A DNA stretch of 64,000 bases from Escherichia phage vB_EcoP_EP32B, in sequence record OR544955, one strand, 5' to 3'. Positions 39,030 to 48,643 of this stretch are shown piece after piece. Under the pieces are notes generated by a model. The model worked only from the letters and a program-made list of their open reading frames with translations. It was not told the origin of the DNA and did no database searches. Each line of letters starts with the position of its first letter. Positions within the stretch are counted from its first letter, which is position 1. A program made the translations under genes and the position numbers.

Positions 39030-39038
39030 GAGAAAATT

Positions 39039-39716
39039 ATGAGCACTGATGTTATTATAGATTTTGAAACATTCGGCAATACATCAAAAGCGGCTGTTAT
39101 TGACCTTGCGGTTATTGCATATAATTCCGACCCTGAAGTTGTTGAATCATTTGAAGAACTTGTTCAACGAGGTAAGCGAATTAAATTTAATTTAGCTTCT
39201 CAAAAAGGGAAGCGAGTTTTCGCTAAATCCACTATGAAATGGTGGAAAGAACAGTCAGCAGAAGCGCGTAAAAACCTGGCTCCGTCTGAAGACGATGTCA
39301 CTACGCTTGAAGGCATTAAAATCTTTTTAGACTATTGCCGAGCTAATAAAGTTGACCAATGGAAATCACAGATGTGGTGCCGTGGTATGAGCTTTGACTT
39401 CCCGATCTTGGTCGATTTGATTCGTGACCTCTATCGTGATGAAGGTGTTCTTGAACCAGATATTGATACTGATAAATTAGAACCGGTTAAATTCTGGGCT
39501 CAACGTGATATTCGTACGGCAATCGAAGCTTACTCGTTGACACGAGGATTAAGTATGTGTCCATTACCGATGGGTACGCTAAAAGGATTCGTTGCCCATG
39601 ATAGTATTCATGATTGTGCTAAAGATATTTTGATGTTAAAATATGCTCAGCGTTATGCGCTTGGCCTTGAAGATGTCCCTGAGAATCCTGACCCGTTAAG
39701 TGTAAAACAGCGATAA
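39039..39716 (+). CDS. dexA: exonuclease A DexA (DEDDh)
   Basis: 225 aa, IIDFETFG exo motif, HD near C-terminus. Confidence 0.85.
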   Translation: MSTDVIIDFETFGNTSKAAVIDLAVIAYNSDPEVVESFEELVQRGKRIKFNLASQKGKRVFAKSTMKWWKEQSAEARKNLAPSEDDVTTLEGIKIFLDYCRANKVDQWKSQMWCRGMSFDFPILVDLIRDLYRDEGVLEPDIDTDKLEPVKFWAQRDIRTAIEAYSLTRGLSMCPLPMGTLKGFVAHDSIHDCAKDILMLKYAQRYALGLEDVPENPDPLSVKQR

Positions 39717-39722
39717 AACCAG

Positions 39723-39753
39723 TTTACAACCAAGGATGGTTGGAGTATAATGA
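39723..39753 (+). promoter_or_regulatory. early promoter
   Basis: -35 GTTTACA, 17-nt spacer, -10 TATAAT; shares CCAAGGATGG box with 40280 promoter. Confidence 0.6.
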
Positions 39754-39781
39754 ATCTATCTTAACCAAACAGGAAACCATT

Positions 39782-40276
39782 ATGAATATCAATACTACGG
39801 CTACTTACATCCTGAAAGATGAAAAACAAATCAACTGGTATGGTGCTTCAGTGCGAGCTTATGAAAAGTTTTGTGAAATTTTAGGTGCCACTCAAGGTAA
39901 TAGTTTCACTATTGTTAACTTCATCAAACAAGTTGAAGGCCCTTGGTTATTCTTAGAAATTAAAAATTCATATGGTACAATTTCTACTACCGCCCTTCCA
40001 AGCACCGACTTTGAACTGTTGATTGAAGAAGCACCTGTTAAAGATGGTCTCCACTTTGATATGGATATCGCTTGTATGTACGGTACTTTAGTTAAACCTA
40101 TCGAGCCTACAGACTTGTTGTGTAAAGCAGTTTCAATTCGTCGACCATTCGCTGGACCGGTAAGTGGCTGGGTAACTGACCAGTGGATTGAAGACGGTGT
40201 TGAACTTCTGAACGTTGTTCATGCAGGTGATTTTAGTGTAGTTCCACGTAGTGCTGTGGTTAATATTCTAAATTAA
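39782..40276 (+). CDS. paralog family member 1 (C-terminal WxxDxWIEDG..LxNVV motif)
   Basis: RBS CAGGAAACC; C-terminal motif shared with next two genes. Confidence 0.55.
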   Translation: MNINTTATYILKDEKQINWYGASVRAYEKFCEILGATQGNSFTIVNFIKQVEGPWLFLEIKNSYGTISTTALPSTDFELLIEEAPVKDGLHFDMDIACMYGTLVKPIEPTDLLCKAVSIRRPFAGPVSGWVTDQWIEDGVELLNVVHAGDFSVVPRSAVVNILN

Positions 40277-40279
40277 TGT

Positions 40280-40310
40280 TGTACATCCAAGGATGGATGG
40301 AGTATAGTGA
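40280..40310 (+). promoter_or_regulatory. early promoter
   Basis: -35 TTGTACA, -10 TATAGT. Confidence 0.55.
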
Positions 40311-40336
40311 ATTCAATTTAAACAAAGAGAGAAATT

Positions 40337-40792
40337 ATGATTACTATTGGTGAAATTAAGCGTGTATCAACTGCATCCCGTTCTAAAGCCGCAGGTCGTC
40401 TGGTTGAAGTAGTAGGACTTCGTACTAATGGCATGGGCCGTATTAAAGAAGTTAAAGTTCGAATCATTCCTAGTTTTGGACGTCAGGATACTCAGTACGC
40501 TTACGTAAGTCCTAAATTCTTGGAAACTCATGTGAGCGCTCATTTTGCTTCTACTGAACCTAATGTACAGTTCAAATGGGCCCTTTGCAAAGGCGTTGAA
40601 TTCCGGACTGATAAAGAATTTGATTTCATCGACGAATACGGCTATCCAAACAAAACTGATATTATGTGCGGCTTCATCAGTGACCGATGGGTTGAAGATG
40701 GTGAAAAGTTATACAATATCGTATTCTTAGGTGACTTCCGAGTTGTTAAAGAATCTGAAATCACTCGCTATGTGTCTCCTCGTAAAGCTTAA
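40337..40792 (+). CDS. paralog family member 2
   Basis: 151 aa; CGFISDRWVEDGEKLYNIVFLGDFRVV. Confidence 0.6.
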   Translation: MITIGEIKRVSTASRSKAAGRLVEVVGLRTNGMGRIKEVKVRIIPSFGRQDTQYAYVSPKFLETHVSAHFASTEPNVQFKWALCKGVEFRTDKEFDFIDEYGYPNKTDIMCGFISDRWVEDGEKLYNIVFLGDFRVVKESEITRYVSPRKA

Positions 40793-40801
40793 GGAATTAT
40801 T

Positions 40802-41221
40802 ATGAATATTGTAAATCTCTCTACAGGTGATTACGTATATGTATCTGTTGCTTCTCGCTCTAAAGTTGCCGGGAAGTTGGTTGAAGTTCTTTCTGTGAGT
40901 GATCCGGTTTTTGGTCGTAACCAAGTTAAAGTTCGTGATGCTAATGGTAATATTGGCTACGTTACAAGCCAATTCATTGAACCAGAAGAAAAAGCGTTCA
41001 AATGGGGACTATGCAGATCAGTTTCTGTTGAAAAAGACCATGAATTCACTATTGCTGCAGCAACTGATGGAACACCGTGGAAAACTAAGCAAATCGCCGG
41101 ATTTATTAGCGACCGTTGGGTAGAAGATGGTGTTAAGCTTTATAACATCGTTTTCGCTGGTCAGTTCATGGTAGTTCCTGAATTCCAAATCAAAAAATAT
41201 AGCCCAGCTGCTTTCGCATAA
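40802..41221 (+). CDS. paralog family member 3
   Basis: 139 aa; AGFISDRWVEDGVKLYNIVFAGQFMVV. Confidence 0.6.
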   Translation: MNIVNLSTGDYVYVSVASRSKVAGKLVEVLSVSDPVFGRNQVKVRDANGNIGYVTSQFIEPEEKAFKWGLCRSVSVEKDHEFTIAAATDGTPWKTKQIAGFISDRWVEDGVKLYNIVFAGQFMVVPEFQIKKYSPAAFA

Positions 41222-41225
41222 AGTT

Positions 41226-41275
41226 GTTTACTTCTCCTCTGGTTTTGATATTATATCCATATCAACCAGAGGAGA
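41226..41275 (+). promoter_or_regulatory. early promoter with 12-bp inverted repeat flanking -10; distal arm includes SD
   Basis: -35 GTTTAC 41226-31; IR 41233-41244 / 41264-41275. Confidence 0.6.
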
Positions 41276-41280
41276 ATAGT

Positions 41281-41805
41281 ATGTTAGTTTACCGCGTAGA
41301 ACGTAGTTTTTGTACTCAACGTGAATCATTACCAGGAATTGCTATCGAAGACGGTAAAGCCGTCAGAATTTGGGAAACCTCTTGGAATAAAGAACCTCGC
41401 TCGCCTTACGGTTGGTCGGGCACTGACAACTCTGAAGAAACATGGGAGTTCCTTGATAAGCATGGAATACTCTCAGGCAACTTCTACCATCACGGCGACA
41501 ACTATAATGTCCCTAATCGTCCTACAGTAAATGAAGACAAACTCCTTGAACAAAATATCTTAAGATACTATAGAATTGATTACACATTTGAATTGAGTGA
41601 AGATTGGGCTCAAGGGTTCTATTTTGGATTTGAAAGTGTTGACGCGGTTTATGCATGGTTTGATGACCAGGTGGATGTTGAACTCTTGAAAGCTAAAGGA
41701 TACTACATCGCGGTCTATGAAGCACCTGATTTCATCCTCGGAAGTTGTCAATTAATGTTTAGACGTTCATTGGCAGAACAAGTTGATTTTATTTTGCTAA
41801 AATGA
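41281..41805 (+). CDS. hypothetical protein
   Basis: RBS AGAGGAG. Confidence 0.5.
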   Translation: MLVYRVERSFCTQRESLPGIAIEDGKAVRIWETSWNKEPRSPYGWSGTDNSEETWEFLDKHGILSGNFYHHGDNYNVPNRPTVNEDKLLEQNILRYYRIDYTFELSEDWAQGFYFGFESVDAVYAWFDDQVDVELLKAKGYYIAVYEAPDFILGSCQLMFRRSLAEQVDFILLK

Positions 41806-41862
41806 TGTACAACAACTATGGTCTATGATACTATAGACCTATCAAAACAAGAGGAGAATATT

Positions 41863-42090
41863 ATGAAACGTCAAATCATTAAAAACGTAACTACTGATTC
41901 AAACATCGATGAGTTTGAAGATGTTCTGTTTAATCCTGATTTAGTTGTTGTACAGAAAAACTGGACTGAATTTTTATGCTACACTGAAGTGGTTTACGTT
42001 TACGAAAAACTAGGTGACGAAATGCCTATCTATGGTATCTTCCGTGAAATCACTGAAAATGGTACAACTTATTGGAAGGAAACTTACTAA
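41863..42090 (+). CDS. hypothetical protein
   Basis: RBS AAGAGGAG. Confidence 0.45.
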   Translation: MKRQIIKNVTTDSNIDEFEDVLFNPDLVVVQKNWTEFLCYTEVVYVYEKLGDEMPIYGIFREITENGTTYWKETY

Positions 42091-42500
42091 TGGCTAATAA
42101 ATTCCGCGTTAACTCATGGTACCAATTTATAGATAAACGTGCCCAAGAAGAGTTTATTAAAGACCACACTGATAATGGGATTTATGCACGACGTCTTGGC
42201 ATGGAACCATTTAAAGTATTAGATGTTGACCATCTTGGTCGTCCTACTAAAATTGTGACATCTACTGGCACGGTTGGATACGCAACAGGCGGTGATATCC
42301 TTGATGAAAACTTTATCTGGCTCTCCACGAACGAAGCAGAGTTTTTTGATGAAGTGGAAAATCCATATCAAGCGTCTGAAGAGCAAGATTCTGGTGAACT
42401 TGGCGAATTGTCTGAATTTCCTGTGATGACGATTACTATCGAAAATAATGACCAGGCATGGTCTTTGTATCAAATGTTGAAAGCACATTTTAAGGAATAA
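42090..42500 (+). CDS. hypothetical acidic protein
   Basis: TAATG coupling. Confidence 0.5.
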   Translation: MANKFRVNSWYQFIDKRAQEEFIKDHTDNGIYARRLGMEPFKVLDVDHLGRPTKIVTSTGTVGYATGGDILDENFIWLSTNEAEFFDEVENPYQASEEQDSGELGELSEFPVMTITIENNDQAWSLYQMLKAHFKE

Positions 42501-42502
42501 TA

Positions 42503-42682
42503 ATGCCGTTATACGACTATAAATGCCAATCTGAAGATTGTGGTCATGAATATGAAAAAATTAAAAGAATTTCTGAACGAGAAAACGATGTTTGCCCTGA
42601 ATGTCATCGTCTGTCTACTCGTCGGGTTTCTGCTCCTAAACATGTGAACGGTGGTTTTTACGACTTACTTAAGAAGGGTTAA
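42503..42682 (+). CDS. zinc-ribbon protein (CxxxxC...CxxC), 59 aa
   Basis: MPLYDYKCQSEDCGHEYEK...CPECHR; RBS AAGGAATAAT. Confidence 0.5.
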   Translation: MPLYDYKCQSEDCGHEYEKIKRISERENDVCPECHRLSTRRVSAPKHVNGGFYDLLKKG

Positions 42683-42684
42683 TT

Positions 42685-43107
42685 ATGGCTTTTAAAGGTT
42701 TTGAAGTTGGTAAGAAATATCGTATTATCAAAGGTCAAGAAGATAATTTCTTGAGAATTCTTAATACAACTGGTAAACGTCTTAACACTACTCTGCATAC
42801 AGTTTTATTATCAAGAGATTTTATTGTAGAAGAGATGATTGGTTACGGTGTTTCAATGATTGCCGCTGAAACCGATGGACCTGGGCGTACAATCATTAGT
42901 ATGCAAGGTGATATTCTGCTTTATGGTGCAGAATTTAAATTCTTTGAAGAAGTTCCGGAACCAGATACAGCTGTCGATTTCAAAAAAGGCTCTATAGAAT
43001 TTGTTGATGGTTCGGTGATCGTATCAGGCGATGTGGTCATTACAGTTAAAAGTGAACAAGGGCGTTTGGCTGCAATTGATGCACTTCAGAAAATTAAATT
43101 TAAATAA
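42685..43107 (+). CDS. hypothetical protein
   Basis: 140-aa ORF. Confidence 0.5.
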   Translation: MAFKGFEVGKKYRIIKGQEDNFLRILNTTGKRLNTTLHTVLLSRDFIVEEMIGYGVSMIAAETDGPGRTIISMQGDILLYGAEFKFFEEVPEPDTAVDFKKGSIEFVDGSVIVSGDVVITVKSEQGRLAAIDALQKIKFK

Positions 43108-43124
43108 GGGCTTCGGCCCTTTTT
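43106..43124 (+). terminator. UUCG-tetraloop hairpin plus T run
   Basis: AAGGGC TTCG GCCCTT TTT. Confidence 0.7.
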
Positions 43125-43149
43125 GCTTTAGATTTCGGATGATAGAATA
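43121..43149 (+). promoter_or_regulatory. middle (MotA-dependent) promoter upstream of gene 39
   Basis: MotA box TGCTTTA 43124-30, -10 TAGAAT 43143-48; near-identical to cassette at 9786-9813. Confidence 0.55.
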
Positions 43150-43170
43150 CCTTCATAACGAGGAGACAAC

Positions 43171-44988
43171 ATGATTAAAAATGAAATTAAGGTATTGTCA
43201 GATGTAGAACATATTAAGAAACGTAGTGGTATGTATATTGGTTCTTCGGCCAAAGAAGCACATGAGCGTTTTTTGTTTGGTAAATATCAACAAGTTGAAT
43301 ATGTTCCTGGTCTGGTTAAATTAATCGATGAGATTATTGACAACTCGGTTGATGAAGCTATTCGTACATCATTTAAGTTTGCAAATAAAATTGATGTGCA
43401 AATTAAAAATAATCAAGTTTCGGTGGAAGATAACGGGCGTGGTATTCCTCAAGGTTTAGTTACCGACCAAACAGGTGAACAAATTCCTGGGCCTGTAGCA
43501 GCCTGGACTATTCCAAAAGCCGGTGGTAACTTTGGCGATGACTCTGAACGCAAGACTGGTGGTATGAACGGCGTCGGGAGTAGTTTAACTAATATCTTCT
43601 CTACGTTGTTTACAGGCATCACGTCAGATGGCGAAAACGAAATCACTGTTAACTGTTCAAACGGAATGGAAAACAAATCATGGTCTTCTAAGAAATCTAA
43701 AGGTAAAGGCACTAAAGTAATCTTCACTCCTGATTTCTCTTCGTTTGAAGAGCATAATTTATCTCAAATTTATTTAGATATTACTTTAGACCGACTTCAA
43801 ACATTGGCAGTCGTTTATCCTGATATCAAGTTCACATTTAACGGTAAAAAGGTTGATGGTAATTTTAAACGATTTGCTAAACAATTTGGTGAAGATAACA
43901 TCATTCAAGAAAATGATAAAGTCTCTATAGCATTCACAACATCACCAGATGGCTTCCGTCATTTAACTTATGTGAATAACATCCATACTAAAAATGGCGG
44001 TCATCATGTTGAATGTGTAATGGATGATATCTGTGAACATCTTTTACCTGGTATTAAAAAGAAATATAAGGGTATTGAAGTCACTAAAGCTCGTGTTAAA
44101 GAATGCCTCACAATGTTGATGTTTATTAGAGACATGAGCAACATGCGTTTTGATTCTCAGACTAAAGAACGTTTAACGTCAACGTATGGTGATATTCGTA
44201 ATCATATCCAATTAGATGCTAAGAAAATTGCTCAGGCACTTCTTAAAAACGAAGCCTTGATTATGCCTATTGTTGAAGCGGCATTAGCTCGTAAATTGGC
44301 GGCAGAAAAGGCTGCAGAAACTAAAGCGGCTAAAAAGGCAACTAAAGCTAAGGTTCATAAGCATATTAAAGCTAACCAATGTGGTAAAGATGCAGATACG
44401 ACATTGTTCTTAACAGAAGGTGATTCGGCAATTGGTTATCTCATTGATGTTCGTGACCGTGAACTACACGGCGGATTCCCATTACGTGGTAAGGTGATGA
44501 ACAGCTGGGGTATGTCATATGCTGATATGATGAAGAACAAAGAGCTCTTTGATATCTGTGCTATCACAGGTCTTATTCTTGGTGAAAAGGCAGAGAATAC
44601 GAACTATCGTAATATTGCAATTATGACTGATGCAGATCACGACGGTCTTGGAAGTATCTATCCGGCTTTGCTTGCTTTCTTTAGTAATTGGCCCGAATTG
44701 TTTGAACAAGGACGTATTCGCTTTGTTAAAACGCCTGTAATTATTGCACAAATTGGCAAAACTCAAAAATGGTTTTATACTGTAGCTGAGTATGAAGAAG
44801 TTAAAGATACACTGCCTAAGCATAGTATTCGATACATCAAGGGATTAGGCTCACTTGAAAAGTCAGAATATCGTGAAATGATTCAGAACCCTGTGTACGA
44901 CGTAGTTAAACTTCCTGAAAATTGGAAAGAACTCTTTGAAATGTTGATGGGTGATGATTCAGAACTTCGTAAAGAATGGATGTCCTAA
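43171..44988 (+). CDS. 39: DNA topoisomerase II large subunit gp39 (GyrB-like; 39 and 60 fused)
   Basis: 605 aa; GHKL ATPase motifs, TOPRIM; single continuous ORF. Confidence 0.95.
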   Translation: MIKNEIKVLSDVEHIKKRSGMYIGSSAKEAHERFLFGKYQQVEYVPGLVKLIDEIIDNSVDEAIRTSFKFANKIDVQIKNNQVSVEDNGRGIPQGLVTDQTGEQIPGPVAAWTIPKAGGNFGDDSERKTGGMNGVGSSLTNIFSTLFTGITSDGENEITVNCSNGMENKSWSSKKSKGKGTKVIFTPDFSSFEEHNLSQIYLDITLDRLQTLAVVYPDIKFTFNGKKVDGNFKRFAKQFGEDNIIQENDKVSIAFTTSPDGFRHLTYVNNIHTKNGGHHVECVMDDICEHLLPGIKKKYKGIEVTKARVKECLTMLMFIRDMSNMRFDSQTKERLTSTYGDIRNHIQLDAKKIAQALLKNEALIMPIVEAALARKLAAEKAAETKAAKKATKAKVHKHIKANQCGKDADTTLFLTEGDSAIGYLIDVRDRELHGGFPLRGKVMNSWGMSYADMMKNKELFDICAITGLILGEKAENTNYRNIAIMTDADHDGLGSIYPALLAFFSNWPELFEQGRIRFVKTPVIIAQIGKTQKWFYTVAEYEEVKDTLPKHSIRYIKGLGSLEKSEYREMIQNPVYDVVKLPENWKELFEMLMGDDSELRKEWMS

Positions 44989-45030
44989 GCTCCTTCGGGA
45001 GCTTCATTTTAATTTTAATAAGGCTTAATT

Positions 45031-45621
45031 ATGAAAGTTATGTTTATCCCATCTCGCGCAGTCCCATTTAATCCTGACCGTGTACAAGGTGGACTTGAAG
45101 CAGTACATTTAAATGTGTTGAAATATTTAGTTTCTATCGGTGCCGATATTGATTATATTGGTTTTGATAATGACACATTTGGTGATTGGAAGGTTAATCA
45201 TCATCCTGTTGGTCATCTGACTAAATTCAGTCTAGGTATGAGTTATACTATGGCCCGTAAGATTGTTGAACTAGCCGGCATCCATGAATACGATTTTGTT
45301 GTTACTATGGAACCGACTAAACTAACCGTCCAAGCAATTAAAGATGCTGGACTCTCTAAAGTTCATAAGAATTTTATGGCAACACCGTTTGAACCGGTAT
45401 CTCGTGGCATTGTTCAAATTTGGGACCAGACTATTCAAATTCATAAGAATGGTGGTAAGAGTTATGCTCCTACTAAAGCCTTCCGTGAATTTGAACGTAA
45501 ATATTGTTATATGACTTCAGGTCTGACTGACAAAATTGATTATGATTATTGGCGAGCAAATCCGTTGTTTGAAGCCGAAGATTATCCGGTTATTTGTTTG
45601 AATGAGAAACCTGAGATCTGA
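45031..45621 (+). CDS. GT-B-fold glycosyltransferase, N-terminal domain (gene split by frameshift)
   Basis: MKVMFIPSRAVPFNPDRVQGGLE..; ends NEKPEI. Confidence 0.55.
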   Translation: MKVMFIPSRAVPFNPDRVQGGLEAVHLNVLKYLVSIGADIDYIGFDNDTFGDWKVNHHPVGHLTKFSLGMSYTMARKIVELAGIHEYDFVVTMEPTKLTVQAIKDAGLSKVHKNFMATPFEPVSRGIVQIWDQTIQIHKNGGKSYAPTKAFREFERKYCYMTSGLTDKIDYDYWRANPLFEAEDYPVICLNEKPEI

Positions 45622-46115
45622 TTATTAGTGCACAACGTTATGACACTAAAATGCGTCGTACTGATGTTGCTCTTGAAGCGATTAAAGCACTAGGCGAAAA
45701 TGGTGCAGGATACTGTCCAAGCAAATGGGCACCACCAGCTAAATATCCTGTTATTATTGATGCTCAACACAGTGAAATCATGGAACGTCTTAAAACAGCT
45801 AAAGCACTTATTAATACGTGTCCTGACACAGGTACGGTAGAGAATAGTTCTATTGAAGCCATCTCTAAAGGTGTCCCTGTAATCCAGTTAGTTTTTAAGG
45901 ATTATCCTCATGCGACATTCGAATACGACCCAGATACTGTGCGTGTAGAAATTGATTCCTCTACTCCTAAGAAAGAAGTAGTTGCGCTTTACACAAAAGC
46001 TGTATTAGAATTCACTGACACATACGAAGCTCGAGTTAAACGTGCTGAAGCAGTATGGAAGAAGTATAATCGAGATGCAGTTGTTGCGATGTGGGATAAA
46101 ATCTTCACAGCGTAA
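45615..46115 (+). CDS. GT-B-fold glycosyltransferase, C-terminal domain (-1 frame; first ATG at 45651)
   Basis: frame open from 45615: DLIISAQRYDTKMRRTDVALEAIKAL, typical of GT4 C-domain start. Confidence 0.55.
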   Translation, partial: DLIISAQRYDTKMRRTDVALEAIKALGENGAGYCPSKWAPPAKYPVIIDAQHSEIMERLKTAKALINTCPDTGTVENSSIEAISKGVPVIQLVFKDYPHATFEYDPDTVRVEIDSSTPKKEVVALYTKAVLEFTDTYEARVKRAEAVWKKYNRDAVVAMWDKIFTA

Positions 46116-46207
46116 ATCCTGAATAGCCTGAGGCACTATTACACATAAGATGATAAATTATATGGTCTTTAGTAATAGTGTCCTAGGAATCTACTGAAGA
46201 GAATATT

Positions 46208-46408
46208 ATGAGAACGTATAACGTGGACTTGGAACTTTTTGATAAAGCAGTGCTCCGGGAATTCCGGCTTATCCAAAGATTTTTTGATATCGAGTCAGCA
46301 GAGTCCTTTAAAGAACGCTTTAAAGAAATACGATATAAAATACAAACCGATACAGCTACTAAAGAAGAACTTCTTGAAGTAGCAGAAATTTTTAAACGTA
46401 ACTTGTGA
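46208..46408 (+). CDS. hypothetical protein (rIIA.1 position)
   Basis: 66-aa ORF. Confidence 0.45.
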   Translation: MRTYNVDLELFDKAVLREFRLIQRFFDIESAESFKERFKEIRYKIQTDTATKEELLEVAEIFKRNL

Positions 46409-46420
46409 TGAGAGAAAAAT

Positions 46421-48634
46421 ATGATTATTGAAACGGCTAAAGAAACGATTATTGGTTCAGGCGGTAAGAGCACAGCATTCACTATTCAAGGCAATAGCAA
46501 AGTTTATAAGATTTTGTCTAATGACCTTTATACAAACAAAGAATTGGCTTGTGTACGTGAATTAATCACAAACTGTATCGACGGACAAATTCTTAATGGT
46601 TGCACTGATAAGTTTATTGTTCAGGCTCCAGGTCGTTTAGACCCACGTTTTGTAGTTCGAGACTTTGGTCCTGGTATGAGTGATTTCACCATTCGAGGTA
46701 ATGACGAAGAGCCAGGAATCTATAACTCATATTTTGCTTCAACTAAAACATCGAGTAACGATTTCATTGGTGGATTCGGACTCGGCTCTAAAGCTCCACT
46801 AGCATATACCGATACGTTTAACCTTACGTCTTATCACAACGGTGAAGTTCGTGGTTATGTAATTTACCAAGATGACACAGGTCCACAAATTAAGCCGACC
46901 TTTGTAGATAAGATGGGTCCTGATGACCGTACGGGTGTAGAAGTAGTCGTACCGGTTAACCCGGAAGATTTTGAAAAGTTTGCATCCGAAATTGCATATG
47001 TTATGCGTCCTCTAGGTGATATTGCAGAAGTTCGTGGTGTTAAAGATATTAAATACTTCCCTGAATTTGACGATGTATATTTGGCCAAGGAAGCTCCATG
47101 GGGTGAACGCGGTAATATCATGGCTGTTTATGGTGGTATTGTATATCCAATCGGAAGTGTTATTAAAGAACAAACATGGATGATGACGCGATGCACTACA
47201 GCTTATATTAAATTCCCTATGGGTGAACTAGATGTAGCTCCGTCTCGTGAAGCATTGTCATTTGATAAACGTACAGTAGCAAATATCCATAAACGCGTTG
47301 CAGAAATCGATGCTAAATTGTTCGCTGAAGATTCTAAGAAATGGATTGATTGTAAATACCCGCGTCATGTATTCCGTGAAATTGATTCTCTCGGCTATAC
47401 CGCTCGTAAATACATGGAAAAGGCCGGGTCTAATATTGAATCACTGAAATACTCTAAAGAACAACTAACTTATTCTGAGTTGTACAAACGTTTTAAAATG
47501 GGGCCTGAGTGGTGTAATCTTGGCGTCGTATACGATATCGTTGAATCCCCTCGTCTTCGTCGTATTCGTGAAAGTGGTAGCTCATCATCAACTATTTCAA
47601 TTAACAGCCTGATTGGCATTAACATTAAAAACGTTGAAATTGTTATTGACGACGTTAAGGGACGCGTTCCATTAATGCGAGCTCTTAATTCGATTGAAAT
47701 GTCTAAAGACGAGGTTAAATTAACCGGTAAAGTTCCACGCGGTTTTGGTAAAAGCGTACTATTCGTTGACCCTACAGACGAAGATGCAATGAAACTTCTT
47801 GAACGTCTTAAAGTTATCTTTGATGGCGACAACATTAACATGTACAAGACTTCAGAGCTTTTACAAATCGTTAAGCCATGGATTGAAGTCAGGAAACGGA
47901 CTAATGAGCCTCGCCCTAAATCACCGAGTGCCCATCGTTTCTTCAAGAACGAAAACGATGTTTGGGTATCGGAAGATCTCTTTATTCCAGCGAGTGAAGC
48001 TGATGAAATCCAAGGTTATGCTATAGTTCGTAATCGTTCTAATGCTGAATGTCTTGACGCAGATAAAGGTTGGTTGAACTATGACTCTAATTTCTTGACT
48101 CGTATTGCCGATTTGTCAGGTATTAAAGAGTTCACTGTAGTTCGCCCACAAATTGCTAAGAAAGTTCGTAAACTTGGTGAAGTAGAATGTTTGTTTGAAA
48201 AATCAATTAATGACTATATTATGCTAATCGATAAAGTAGATTATGATGAGTATGTATCACCAAGTCGTAGAGCACAGCCTTATTTGAATCATATTACTCG
48301 TAATGAAGAGCTTAACTTCCTTAGTAAGTATTTTAGCTCTAAGAACAAAGAAATCAGTAAAGACTTTGCAAAACTCTCAACAGTAAATAATCGCTGGGGA
48401 TGGAATCGATTCGCAGGTGCTGATAACAGAGACCTTAACAGGAAGTTAGAATTGTGTGCTAAAATTTTCGATAAGCTTAAAGATAATGCTTACGATAATG
48501 ATGATAAAATGGTTATTGAATTTGAAACCAATTATCATATTGTGTCAGAATACATGGGACGACGTGGTACTCTTTCCAAAGAACAGGTCGCTCAAATCGT
48601 TAAATTCATGAAGGCCGTGGAAGCGGCCAAATAA
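46421..48634 (+). CDS. rIIA: rIIA protein (GHKL-ATPase-like)
   Basis: 737 aa; N-terminus MIIETAKETIIG..VRELITNCID..FGPGMS as recalled for T4 rIIA. Confidence 0.9.
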   Translation: MIIETAKETIIGSGGKSTAFTIQGNSKVYKILSNDLYTNKELACVRELITNCIDGQILNGCTDKFIVQAPGRLDPRFVVRDFGPGMSDFTIRGNDEEPGIYNSYFASTKTSSNDFIGGFGLGSKAPLAYTDTFNLTSYHNGEVRGYVIYQDDTGPQIKPTFVDKMGPDDRTGVEVVVPVNPEDFEKFASEIAYVMRPLGDIAEVRGVKDIKYFPEFDDVYLAKEAPWGERGNIMAVYGGIVYPIGSVIKEQTWMMTRCTTAYIKFPMGELDVAPSREALSFDKRTVANIHKRVAEIDAKLFAEDSKKWIDCKYPRHVFREIDSLGYTARKYMEKAGSNIESLKYSKEQLTYSELYKRFKMGPEWCNLGVVYDIVESPRLRRIRESGSSSSTISINSLIGINIKNVEIVIDDVKGRVPLMRALNSIEMSKDEVKLTGKVPRGFGKSVLFVDPTDEDAMKLLERLKVIFDGDNINMYKTSELLQIVKPWIEVRKRTNEPRPKSPSAHRFFKNENDVWVSEDLFIPASEADEIQGYAIVRNRSNAECLDADKGWLNYDSNFLTRIADLSGIKEFTVVRPQIAKKVRKLGEVECLFEKSINDYIMLIDKVDYDEYVSPSRRAQPYLNHITRNEELNFLSKYFSSKNKEISKDFAKLSTVNNRWGWNRFAGADNRDLNRKLELCAKIFDKLKDNAYDNDDKMVIEFETNYHIVSEYMGRRGTLSKEQVAQIVKFMKAVEAAK

Positions 48635-48643
48635 GGAAACATT

